DNA of 64,000 nt, from the NCBI GenBank assembly GCA_963771075.1, contig CAVYSE010000018.1, positions 108,551 to 172,550 on the forward strand, given 5' to 3'. Both the position numbers and the translations under genes were made by a program. Positions 55,760 to 63,533 of this stretch are shown here, one piece after another (the stretch's first letter is position 1; each line of letters begins with the position of its first letter). This DNA comes from a candidate division FCPU426 bacterium. Its GTDB lineage: Bacteria > Oederibacteriota > Muellerivitia > Muellerivitales > Muellerivitaceae. Below the pieces are notes generated by a model, which was not told the origin of the DNA, made no database searches, and saw nothing but the letters and a program-made list of their open reading frames with translations.

Positions 55760-58170
55760 ATTTAAAACAGATCTACCTACGCATTGCGGCTCGTATGACG
55801 CCGGATTCCAAAAGGCGGCATTTTAAATTGGAGGTCCCCGCACAGGAATTGGAACTCCTGACAATCAAAGATTTTGTACAGCGGGTTTGCGATTCCGCGG
55901 GATGCTCCCAAAAGGAAACCTCTGGATTTAAGCTGGCCATCGATGAGGCTTGTACCAATATCATCCGACATGCTTACCAGGGAAAAAGCGACGGGAAAAT
56001 CAAGGTGGAGATGGGTATCGGCCTGGCCGACCTGAAAACAACCATCACGGATTATGGCAAGCCCTTCGATTTTAATTCGGTCCAAGATCCCGACCTCAAC
56101 CATTACGTGGAGATTGGTAAAAAAGGGGGGCTGGGGATTTGGCTGATCCGCAAAGTTATGTCCCGGGTTTCCTATAAGGCTTATCCCGACCGCAATGAAT
56201 TGGTGATGTACCGGCGTTTATCCAACGCTCCGCCCCAACAGCTGGGATTGAAAAAGGGTGCGGTCTCGGTTTCAGTTAAGTTCACGATTGGGGCGGTGGC
56301 CTTAGTGGCGATTCTTTTCGTGACCTTTTATTTCTCCCTGAGTCACCGGCGGGAGGAGGAAGGCTTCCGGCACCAGAGGGAATACGTGAATTTGATCCTT
56401 GGGTCCTTGGCTTCCGAGTCCGGATCAGGGGTTTCCCGCAAGGACAACCTTGGGATGGAAAACCTCATACGCCAGGTGAAGGCCCAGGACGCGGGCAGGT
56501 CGCTTGATTACATCTTTATCGTCGGTTTGGACGGCGTTTTCCTGGCCCATACCGACCTTCGACAAATTCTCAGGCCCTATGCGCGTCCGCCTGGGGAAAA
56601 ATTCAATCCCAAGGGGGGGATCCAGGTCTTCCAACTTCAAACTACGGAAGGAAAAGTGAGTGATTCCATCGCACCCATTTATTACAAGGGACAGGTGGTG
56701 GGAGAGGTGCATGTGGGGGTGGAGGGAAAGACCATTCGAGAGGCCACCCGGCAGATCGAAAACGAATTGCGAAACCAGCTTTTAGCCGCTTCCTTGTTCA
56801 TGATGGTACTACTCTGGCTTCTGTCCCGAATTATCATCCAGCCTTTCCGGAAGATTTTGATGGGGGTCAACGCCGTTTCCTCTGGAAATCTGGACGCGAA
56901 AATTGAGATCGACACCCAGGATGAGTTTGGACAATTGGCGGGCATTTTCAATGAAATGACCAATAAGCTCCAGGAATCCCAAAAGGGGATGATGGAGCAA
57001 GAACGCATGCAAAAGGAAATGCAGGTCGCTCAGCAGATCCAACACACCCTTTTGCCGGCCGATTTCCCCCAGATTGAGGGGTATGAGATCGGCGCTACCT
57101 ACCGGTCCGCGAAGGAGGTGGGGGGGGATTACTACGATTTCTTCTGGGTGGACCCGACTACCCTGGGTATCGTAGTGGCCGACGTTTCGGGCAAAGGAGT
57201 GCCTGGTTCCATGGTGATGACCATGATCCGGACGGCTATGCGCCTGGAGGCCCGCGGCAACAAGAGCGCCTCGGACACCCTCTCCAAGGTCAACCGGCAT
57301 GTGACCTCGGATATGAAACGGGGGATGTTCGTCACAATGTTTTACATCATCCTGGATTCCCGGACGCGGGCGATCAATTTCGCCAGCGCGGGCCATAACC
57401 CCATGATTCTTTACCGGGGTAAAACCAAGGAAGTCTACTTTCTCAAACCGAAGGGATTCCCGGTGGGCATAGACCTTCCGGAGGAGGAGATGTTCACCCG
57501 CAACCTAGCCCTGCAGAAAATTCAACTGGAAAAAAACGATATGCTGGTCATCTATACGGACGGGATTACCGAGGCGATGAATCCTGAAAAAGCCCAATTC
57601 GGGGAAACCCGGTTGGTGCAAGTCATCAAGGAAAATTCCCACCTGACACCCCAGGAATTTGTGGAGCAGTTAAATTTGGCCATCGCCCAGTTCACCCGGG
57701 GGGCGGAACAAAACGATGACATCACGGTGGTGGCGATCAAGGAGAAAATGAAGGCCGAGTCGGTGGAGTTCAAGTTCAGAAAGAACCTTTTGGACCTCGT
57801 AGAGAAGAAGGGGCTGTCCGTGATCGAGGCATGCCGCCAAATGAACGTCTCGACCAAAGCGTATTATCGATTCAAAAAGATGGTGACGGACAAAGGCCGG
57901 GCCAGCTTGAAGCCCACCCGGTCCCAGCGTAACAGCGATATCCGCGAATTGACGATACCCCAAAAGGAAGCTTTGATGACCTTGTTGTGCAAGAACCCCG
58001 AATTCGGACCCCAAAGGCTCTCACAGGCTTTGAAGAAGCTGACCCCCCCTGTTCGAGTGGAGTCGAGTCTCATCTACGATCACTTGAAGCGGAAGAGTTT
58101 AAGTACGGTCAATCAAAGGAAAGCCTTCGCTGCCATCTCGGTTGACAGCGAGAAAGCCGGAAGCCCATAA
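55756..58170 (+). CDS. Multidomain signalling protein: RsbW/SpoIIAB-like HATPase kinase domain, TM, extracytoplasmic region, TM, HAMP, PP2C (SpoIIE/RsbU-type) phosphatase and a C-terminal transposase-type HTH region.
   Basis: The TTG at 55756 overlaps the upstream stop (TTGA). An alternative ATG is at 55795. Kinase domain: KLAIDEACTNIIRHAY...GKKGGLGIWLIRKVMSRV. HAMP: IIQPFRKILMGVNAVSSGNLDAKIEIDTQDEFGQLAGIFNEMTNKL (~56834-56980). PP2C: AQQIQHTLLP..GGDYYDF..VADVSGKGVPGSMVM..YTDGITEA..DDITVVAIK (~57022-57741). Tail: LSVIEACRQMNVSTKAYYRFKK..PTRSQRNS..IPQKEALMTLLCKNPEFGPQRLSQALKK..SSLIYDHLKRKSL (~57780-58170). Confidence 0.8.
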   Translation: MNLKQIYLRIAARMTPDSKRRHFKLEVPAQELELLTIKDFVQRVCDSAGCSQKETSGFKLAIDEACTNIIRHAYQGKSDGKIKVEMGIGLADLKTTITDYGKPFDFNSVQDPDLNHYVEIGKKGGLGIWLIRKVMSRVSYKAYPDRNELVMYRRLSNAPPQQLGLKKGAVSVSVKFTIGAVALVAILFVTFYFSLSHRREEEGFRHQREYVNLILGSLASESGSGVSRKDNLGMENLIRQVKAQDAGRSLDYIFIVGLDGVFLAHTDLRQILRPYARPPGEKFNPKGGIQVFQLQTTEGKVSDSIAPIYYKGQVVGEVHVGVEGKTIREATRQIENELRNQLLAASLFMMVLLWLLSRIIIQPFRKILMGVNAVSSGNLDAKIEIDTQDEFGQLAGIFNEMTNKLQESQKGMMEQERMQKEMQVAQQIQHTLLPADFPQIEGYEIGATYRSAKEVGGDYYDFFWVDPTTLGIVVADVSGKGVPGSMVMTMIRTAMRLEARGNKSASDTLSKVNRHVTSDMKRGMFVTMFYIILDSRTRAINFASAGHNPMILYRGKTKEVYFLKPKGFPVGIDLPEEEMFTRNLALQKIQLEKNDMLVIYTDGITEAMNPEKAQFGETRLVQVIKENSHLTPQEFVEQLNLAIAQFTRGAEQNDDITVVAIKEKMKAESVEFKFRKNLLDLVEKKGLSVIEACRQMNVSTKAYYRFKKMVTDKGRASLKPTRSQRNSDIRELTIPQKEALMTLLCKNPEFGPQRLSQALKKLTPPVRVESSLIYDHLKRKSLSTVNQRKAFAAISVDSEKAGSP

Positions 58171-58209
58171 TGACACATCTTTCGGCCCTTTTCCTTATTT
58201 GGAGGAACC

Positions 58210-58572
58210 ATGGATAACATCACGGTCAGCGTTGCCGACCATTCCAATCATAAAGATATTGTTGTTTTAACGGTCAAGGGTTTCATTGACACCACGACCG
58301 CACCGGAATTCGAGAAAAAGTTCCTGGGGGTATTGAGCGATAAGAAATATAAGTTGATTGTCGACTTGAAAGATGTCAATTACATCAGTTCCGCTGGGTG
58401 GGGAATCTTCATCAGCGAAATCAAGCGCATCCGGTCCCAAAAAGGGGACCTCATTTTGGTGGGAATGAACCCCGAAGTAAGCGAGGTTTTTGAGCTTTTG
58501 GAGTTCAATTCCATCCTGAAGTCCTTTCCCAGCGTGGATCTGGGGCTCAAAAAAGGCTTCGATAAAGCGTAA
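58210..58572 (+). CDS. STAS-domain anti-sigma-factor antagonist (RsbV/SpoIIAA-like).
   Basis: VVLTVKGFIDTTTAPEFEKKF...LIVDLKDVNYISSAGWGIFISEI...GDLILVGMNPEVSEVFELLEFNSIL. GGAGG lies upstream of the start. Confidence 0.82.
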   Translation: MDNITVSVADHSNHKDIVVLTVKGFIDTTTAPEFEKKFLGVLSDKKYKLIVDLKDVNYISSAGWGIFISEIKRIRSQKGDLILVGMNPEVSEVFELLEFNSILKSFPSVDLGLKKGFDKA

Positions 58573-58653
58573 AGGAGCGTTCGGATGGGACGCGCTCTCC
58601 TCAAACGGTGCGTGTCTTAATCTCAGGATTTGAAGATCCGAGAAACGGAAACT

Positions 58654-59385
58654 ATGGAAAGCAATACCCTCAACTCACTTCTTGATATCAATGGCAAACA
58701 TTTCACGGTTGAAACCAGCTTGGCCCAGGGCAAGAACCGGGTTCTTTCCGTGGCTCAATTAGATGGAAGAATTCTTTCCCAGCGTGAATTTGAGTTACCC
58801 GAGGGTCTGGATGAGGATGGCAAGAAGCGGTTCAACCAGGAAACCCATAAAAACCGGCTTGTAGAGTTGGAGTCCATTTTTCGACTGAACCGGAAGATCG
58901 ATGAAAAGCCGACGCCTGACGCCTGCTGGAAAATCGGCGTAATCCTGATGTCGAATGGCTTTTATGAGGATGCCCGCCAGCGTTTTTTGAAGGCCATGGA
59001 AATGGATCCCCAGCATCTGCAGGCCCTCAAATGTTACGGTATCAACCTGACCCTGCTGGATGATTACGAAGCCGCTTTGGCTATTCTGAACCATGCACGG
59101 GAATTGGGCCCCTCCTTTGCCGACATTTATTACCACCTGGGAAATGTTCATCTTTACCGAAGGGAACTGGACGAGGCTGTCCAATCCTATCTCCAAGCTC
59201 TCCAAATCAATCCCCGCTACGCGGATGCCAGGCTTCGTTTGGCCACCGCTTGCGTTGGCTATTTAACTATCGGCGATTTGAGTGTCAGTGACGGCGGCAA
59301 AACGGCCGAGTTGGCGGAAAGAGCCAAGGCGGAGGCCGAAACGGCGGCGACATTAAACCCTAAACTTCGGAACGGTCCTTCATGA
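58654..59385 (+). CDS. TPR-repeat protein.
   Basis: TPR units WKIGVILMSNGFYEDARQRFLKAMEMDPQH, YYHLGNVHLYRRELDEAVQSYLQALQINPRY. An alternative TTG start is at 58630. Confidence 0.65.
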   Translation: MESNTLNSLLDINGKHFTVETSLAQGKNRVLSVAQLDGRILSQREFELPEGLDEDGKKRFNQETHKNRLVELESIFRLNRKIDEKPTPDACWKIGVILMSNGFYEDARQRFLKAMEMDPQHLQALKCYGINLTLLDDYEAALAILNHARELGPSFADIYYHLGNVHLYRRELDEAVQSYLQALQINPRYADARLRLATACVGYLTIGDLSVSDGGKTAELAERAKAEAETAATLNPKLRNGPS

Positions 59386-59795
59386 TGGCGACCGACTATC
59401 TGAAGAGCCGCAGGTTCTCAAACGCCTTCCAGACCTTTTTGGAAGTGCGGCCGCGGTTCGTTCCCCGGATCGGGGATGAAATTATTTTTTTCTTCACCTT
59501 GACGCTTCTCTATGGCAGCGAGGGGATTGACCTGCAAATGACCGAGCAATACATCGAGAAGTTATCCAAAGTAATCGAGGAATATCCCCATTACGCGGAC
59601 CTGCACCACCATTTGGGCGTTGCCTACCTCATTAAGTGCCGTTTCGACGTCAGCCGATCGCTCAAGGAATTTAAAAAGGCCTTAACCATCAACCCGCAAT
59701 TCCAAAAAGCCCTGAACAACGCCGAGGATACTGAGGAATTGCATCGCCGGGTCTTGGTCTCGTTGAAAAAGGCCATTATTTCAAAAGGGAATTAA
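59382..59795 (+). CDS. Small TPR-like protein.
   Basis: ATGA overlap with the preceding gene. HHHLGVAYLIKCRFDVSRSLKEFKKALTINPQF. Confidence 0.55.
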   Translation: MMATDYLKSRRFSNAFQTFLEVRPRFVPRIGDEIIFFFTLTLLYGSEGIDLQMTEQYIEKLSKVIEEYPHYADLHHHLGVAYLIKCRFDVSRSLKEFKKALTINPQFQKALNNAEDTEELHRRVLVSLKKAIISKGN

Positions 59796-59839
59796 GGTTG
59801 TTGAATGGCGGAATCGGCGGGTTGCCTTAAACTGAACCC

Positions 59840-60223
59840 TTAAGCCTCAGGCACGGGCGTCAAAGAGTAGTTTTTCTCCAAAAACCCGACATGATCCGCC
59901 GAGGGGTTATCGAAATTGACACCGTAAGCGTACCGGCCCATGGTTTTCATGGGGTTTTTCCGGGCCCAAACGACTTTTCCCGGGAAGGTCATGGCGTGGC
60001 TTCCATCCAAGGAATCCAGTTCGAGACTCAGGTTCGTTTTCTCGACCATGGTCTTGTTGGAGTAGATTTGGGCTCCGGTCGAGCTGATGTTGACTAGGTG
60101 GGCCCGAAAGACATCGGTCTGGTTTGAGTTTAATAGACGGCCTTTGATGGATTTCACCATCACGACCCTATTGTTATTGGTCCGTTTGAACGTTTCGGGA
60201 TTAGGCCGGGGAATCTTTTTCAT
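59840..60223 (-). CDS. PilZ-like domain protein (putative c-di-GMP receptor).
   Basis: The internal ATG at 60223 has GGAG upstream. The N-x-S-x-x-G motif (VNISSTGAQI) is present and the beta-barrel-like remainder ends in YAYGVNF. The N-terminal arginine motif is RTNNNR (Rx4R rather than RxxxR). Confidence 0.55.
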   Translation of the reverse strand: MKKIPRPNPETFKRTNNNRVVMVKSIKGRLLNSNQTDVFRAHLVNISSTGAQIYSNKTMVEKTNLSLELDSLDGSHAMTFPGKVVWARKNPMKTMGRYAYGVNFDNPSADHVGFLEKNYSLTPVPEA

Positions 60224-60338
60224 GTGGGTTCTCCTGGTCAGTTTACCGTTATAGCATAACATCCCGTCCAGCCCCTTGGGCGATAAAAATCCCATAACAT
60301 GGGGTTTTGTTGAATTGAGGGAAGAAGAGGTTTTGGAT

Positions 60339-61643
60339 ATGCCTAACGTACGAGTTCGTTTTGCTCCCAGTCCCACCGGCTATCTCCATGTAGGCGGAGC
60401 CCGGACCGCGCTTTTTAACTGGCTCTATGCACGCCATTTGGGCGGGAAATTTATATTGCGAATTGAAGATACGGACCGGGAAAGGTCCAAGATCGAATAT
60501 GAGGAAGGCATCATCCGGGACCTGCAATGGCTGGGCCTGGATTGGGATGAGGGGCCAGGGTTGGGGGGGCCTCATGGGCCGTACCGCCAAACCGAAAGGG
60601 CCTCTTTTTACCGGGACCAGCTCAAAAAGCTCCTGAACGGGGGTTTTGCATATCCTTGCTTTTGCACCCATAAGGAACTGGAAGCCGAAAGGACGAAGGC
60701 CCAATCAGAGGGCGAGGGCTATCATTATTCCGGGAAATGCCGGGTTCTCTCCAAGGAACAGGCGGCGGCTCGACAAAAATCGGGGGAAGCCTTCTCGGTC
60801 AGGCTCCGGGTCCCGGAGGGGCGCACCCTCTTTCACGATCTCATCCGGGGCGAAGTGGCCGTGGAACACACCGAAGTGGATGATTTTATACTTGTTCGAA
60901 GCGGGGGAGAGCCTACCTATAACTTTGTGGTGACCGTTGACGACGCCCTGATGGAAATGACGCATGTGATCCGTGGTGAAGACCATATCTCCAATACGCC
61001 CAAGCAGATTTTAATTTATCAGGCATTGGGGTTGACCCCGCCCCAGTTCGCCCATATTCCCTTGATTTTGGGTCCGGACCGAACCCCGCTTTCCAAGCGG
61101 CACGGGGCCAACTCGGTAGGGGAATTCAAACGCCAGGGTTACCTGCCCGAGGCCATGCTCAACTATTTGGCCCTCCTGGGTTGGTCGCTTGACGGCAAGA
61201 GCGAAATGTTTTCAAAAAACGACTTGGTTCACAAATTCAGCCTAGACCGTGTTCAAAAGAGTCCTGCGGCTTTTGATTACGACAAGCTCCAGTGGATGAA
61301 CGGCCACTATATCCGGGAGGCGGACCCGGAAAGGGTTTACCAGTTGTGCCTAGAATATCTTTGGGACGCTGATGCCATCAACGAGGATTTCATGCGGCAT
61401 GGGGGGGAAGCCCTCAAACGCATGATCACATCGGTCAAGAGCGGGTTGAAAACAATCTCCGACGTGGGGGGGCAGATCACTTATTTCCTGGGAGAGGTGC
61501 ACACCTATGACCCCCAGGGCTTGGAAAAGTACATGACCCCTTCCGCAATTCCCGCCTTGGAAAAGTGCGCATTTATTTTGGAGGAAACCATGGATTTTAC
61601 CGCCATGACGTTGGAATCCAAAATGCGGGATAGGTGCATCTGA
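60339..61643 (+). CDS. gltX: Glutamate--tRNA ligase. The reading frame breaks near the 3' end, and the last ~65 aa continue in the +1 frame to 61842.
   Basis: VRVRFAPSPTGYLHVGGARTALFNWLYA (HIGH region), ILRIEDTD and PLSKRHG (KMSK-like). The C-terminal ELGIKFAEMVHPMRLAITGRTASPNIFELIEILGK lies in ORF 61645-61842. Confidence 0.9.
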   Translation: MPNVRVRFAPSPTGYLHVGGARTALFNWLYARHLGGKFILRIEDTDRERSKIEYEEGIIRDLQWLGLDWDEGPGLGGPHGPYRQTERASFYRDQLKKLLNGGFAYPCFCTHKELEAERTKAQSEGEGYHYSGKCRVLSKEQAAARQKSGEAFSVRLRVPEGRTLFHDLIRGEVAVEHTEVDDFILVRSGGEPTYNFVVTVDDALMEMTHVIRGEDHISNTPKQILIYQALGLTPPQFAHIPLILGPDRTPLSKRHGANSVGEFKRQGYLPEAMLNYLALLGWSLDGKSEMFSKNDLVHKFSLDRVQKSPAAFDYDKLQWMNGHYIREADPERVYQLCLEYLWDADAINEDFMRHGGEALKRMITSVKSGLKTISDVGGQITYFLGEVHTYDPQGLEKYMTPSAIPALEKCAFILEETMDFTAMTLESKMRDRCI

Positions 61644-62006
61644 ATTGGGGATCAAGTTCGCTGAAATGGTGCATCCCATGCGCTTGGCAATCACGGGGCG
61701 AACGGCCAGTCCTAATATTTTCGAATTGATTGAGATTTTGGGGAAGGGACGGTGTATTGTCAGGATCTTGCGGTTTATCCGCATGATCCGCAACTCCGCT
61801 CCGGCCGTTAACAAGGATGAAAAGCCCGAAAATCAAGGGTAAACCGGTGTTCAGGAAGGTTGCCATCCGGATGGCCTTGGGTTAGTTTAGGTTATTCCAT
61901 TAGTCATGAGGGGGAGACATGAGTGAAAGTATAGAATTCGTATTTCATCGCGGGCGAGAAAAAAGGACGATTAAGGCCGGTCAGCCGAAAGGATTGGGCC
62001 CAGATC

Positions 62007-62483
62007 GTGGGCTGGTGGAATGACCCGGAAGTCCGCCGTTTATTTGACGTCCACTTTGTGGACCAAACTTTTTCCGACGCTGAAAAGTGGTTCGCCCGAA
62101 CCAATTCCCCGGACGACGAGAAATTAGCCCGTTCCTTCGTGCTGGAAGTGGATCAGGACGGCAAATGGATTCCCGTGGGAACGGCGGAATTTTACAACGA
62201 ACGGCCTTCCCACAAATGCGCTGATTTTGGTTTTTTAATAGGCGACAAGCAATGGTGGGGCATGGGGATCGGCACCGAGGCCGCCAAGCGCATGGTCAAA
62301 TACGGCTTGGAGCAGTTGAACTATAAACGCATCGGGGCCGTTTCTGCGTCTTATAACGTGCGCTCCCTGAACGCGTTGCAAAAAGCGGGATTCCAGATTG
62401 AGGGAATCCGCAAGAGCTACGTGCTTCGCGACGGGGAATGGCATGACCAGACGATGATGTCGATCGTGAATCCCAAAATTTAA
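62007..62483 (+). CDS. GNAT-family (RimJ/RimL-like) N-acetyltransferase, with a probable frameshift at the 5' end.
   Basis: WWNDPEVRRLFD...WWGMGIGTEAAKRMVKYGLEQLNYKRIGAVSASYNVRSLNALQKAGFQIEG. The same frame is open from 61935 (KKGRLRPVSRKDWAQIVGWW) but has no start codon. The ATG at 61919 is in another frame and meets this one at the A-run 61959-61964. Confidence 0.75.
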   Translation: MGWWNDPEVRRLFDVHFVDQTFSDAEKWFARTNSPDDEKLARSFVLEVDQDGKWIPVGTAEFYNERPSHKCADFGFLIGDKQWWGMGIGTEAAKRMVKYGLEQLNYKRIGAVSASYNVRSLNALQKAGFQIEGIRKSYVLRDGEWHDQTMMSIVNPKI

Positions 62484-62617
62484 AACGCCTTTTACGCCGC
62501 ACATAGGCCTTCTCAGCGTGGAAAACCTCTTTGCGGCGTAATTATTTCTGTGTTTATTGGCCAATAAGCCTGTGCTAAAATTCCCGCCCTGTTGATCTGT
62601 TCTTTCAGGTCAATCGA

Positions 62618-62691
62618 TTGGGAGATCGTCTAACGGTAGGACAGCAGATTCTGGATCTGCTTATCTAGGTTCGAGTCCTAGTCTCCCAGCC
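62618..62691 (+). tRNA. tRNA-Gln (anticodon CUG), CCA encoded.
   Basis: The 74-nt cloverleaf folds by hand. Acceptor: tgggaga/tctccca. D arm: gtct-aacggta-ggac. Anticodon arm: gcaga-ttCTGga-tctgc. Variable loop: ttat. T arm: ctagg-ttcgagt-cctag. Discriminator g, then cca. The U1-A72 pair and overall similarity fit bacterial tRNA-Gln. Confidence 0.9.
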
Positions 62692-62714
62692 ATTTTTTAT
62701 CATTAACATTAATT

Positions 62715-62778
62715 GAAAAACCGGCTTGCCCTTCAATTCGAGAAATAAGTTCTAAATATGTATCTGTGAAGGGCAGCC
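62715..62778 (-). terminator. Possible terminator hairpin for the minus-strand glycosyltransferase-like genes.
   Basis: On the minus strand, ggctgcccttca ... tgaagggcaagcc is followed by ggtttttc. The loop is long (~29 nt), so confidence is limited. Confidence 0.35.
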
Positions 62779-62807
62779 CCATTTCAAATATAAAATTTAA
62801 ATAAAAC

Positions 62808-63533
62808 TTAAGCACTCCATTGAGTAGAAAAATCCCCTTGAACGGCGGTGGGGCCCGAGTGGATCAGGCGGCTTTTCATATCCGCCCAGATTTCCCCACC
62901 CACTGCCAGCCAACGCCTGCAAAAACTGTAATCCTCGCTTAAATACTCTCCCGTTTCAGGGGCGATCATGCAATTGAAAAGGGCGCCGGTTTCACCTTCT
63001 GATCCCTTATAAAGAAGCTCCGGGTATTTTTCGATCATGAGCGTTAGGGCTTCCCGTTTCAACATGAGAAAACCGGTGCCCGCATAGCGAACCCGGACGA
63101 AATCGTTTCGGGTTTCAACCATTCCGGGCTTTTCGGGGTCAAACACATAGCTCAGCGCCGCCTCGTCGGGACGGTTTTTTCCTTCTAGAACCAGGGCCTT
63201 CAGCTTTTGGGGGTCCAGCCACTTATGGGGATAAATGGCAGCGGTGGCCGGGGTATCGAAATCAAGCAAACGAAAGACCTGTTCAGGCTTGAACCCAATA
63301 TCCCCGTCGATGAAAAGCAGGTGGGTGGCGCCGGGCTTGGCCATGAACCGGGCCGCCAGGTCCTGCCGGGCCCGGGGAATCAAGGCGTCACCGGGATGGG
63401 CCCAGACCTCCAATGCCACGCTCTTTTTTCGGCAGGCGGGCTGGAGTTGGAGCATGGAATTGATGTAAAGGCTGGAAAGTTTCCCCTCCCAACAGGGGGT
63501 CGCCACCACCAGATGAATCTTAGGATCGCTCAT
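62808..63533 (-). CDS. Putative GT-A-like glycosyltransferase (DxD motif), paralog 1.
   Basis: The ATG at 63533 overlaps the upstream paralog's stop (ATGA). HLLFIDGDIGF (DxD), GTGFLMLKREAL and the conserved EDYSFCRRWLAVGGEIWAD. The listed longer ORF (to 63671) overlaps the paralog. Confidence 0.5.
   Translation of the reverse strand: MSDPKIHLVVATPCWEGKLSSLYINSMLQLQPACRKKSVALEVWAHPGDALIPRARQDLAARFMAKPGATHLLFIDGDIGFKPEQVFRLLDFDTPATAAIYPHKWLDPQKLKALVLEGKNRPDEAALSYVFDPEKPGMVETRNDFVRVRYAGTGFLMLKREALTLMIEKYPELLYKGSEGETGALFNCMIAPETGEYLSEDYSFCRRWLAVGGEIWADMKSRLIHSGPTAVQGDFSTQWSA

Noticed and set aside
57780-58170. A possible insertion sequence, suggested by the transposase-like HTH segment.
   Set aside because: - No DDE/RNase-H-like catalytic region, terminal inverted repeats or target duplication are present.
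- The segment is in frame with the phosphatase domain and ends at a normal stop followed by the STAS gene.
- It is treated as a fused domain, not a mobile element.
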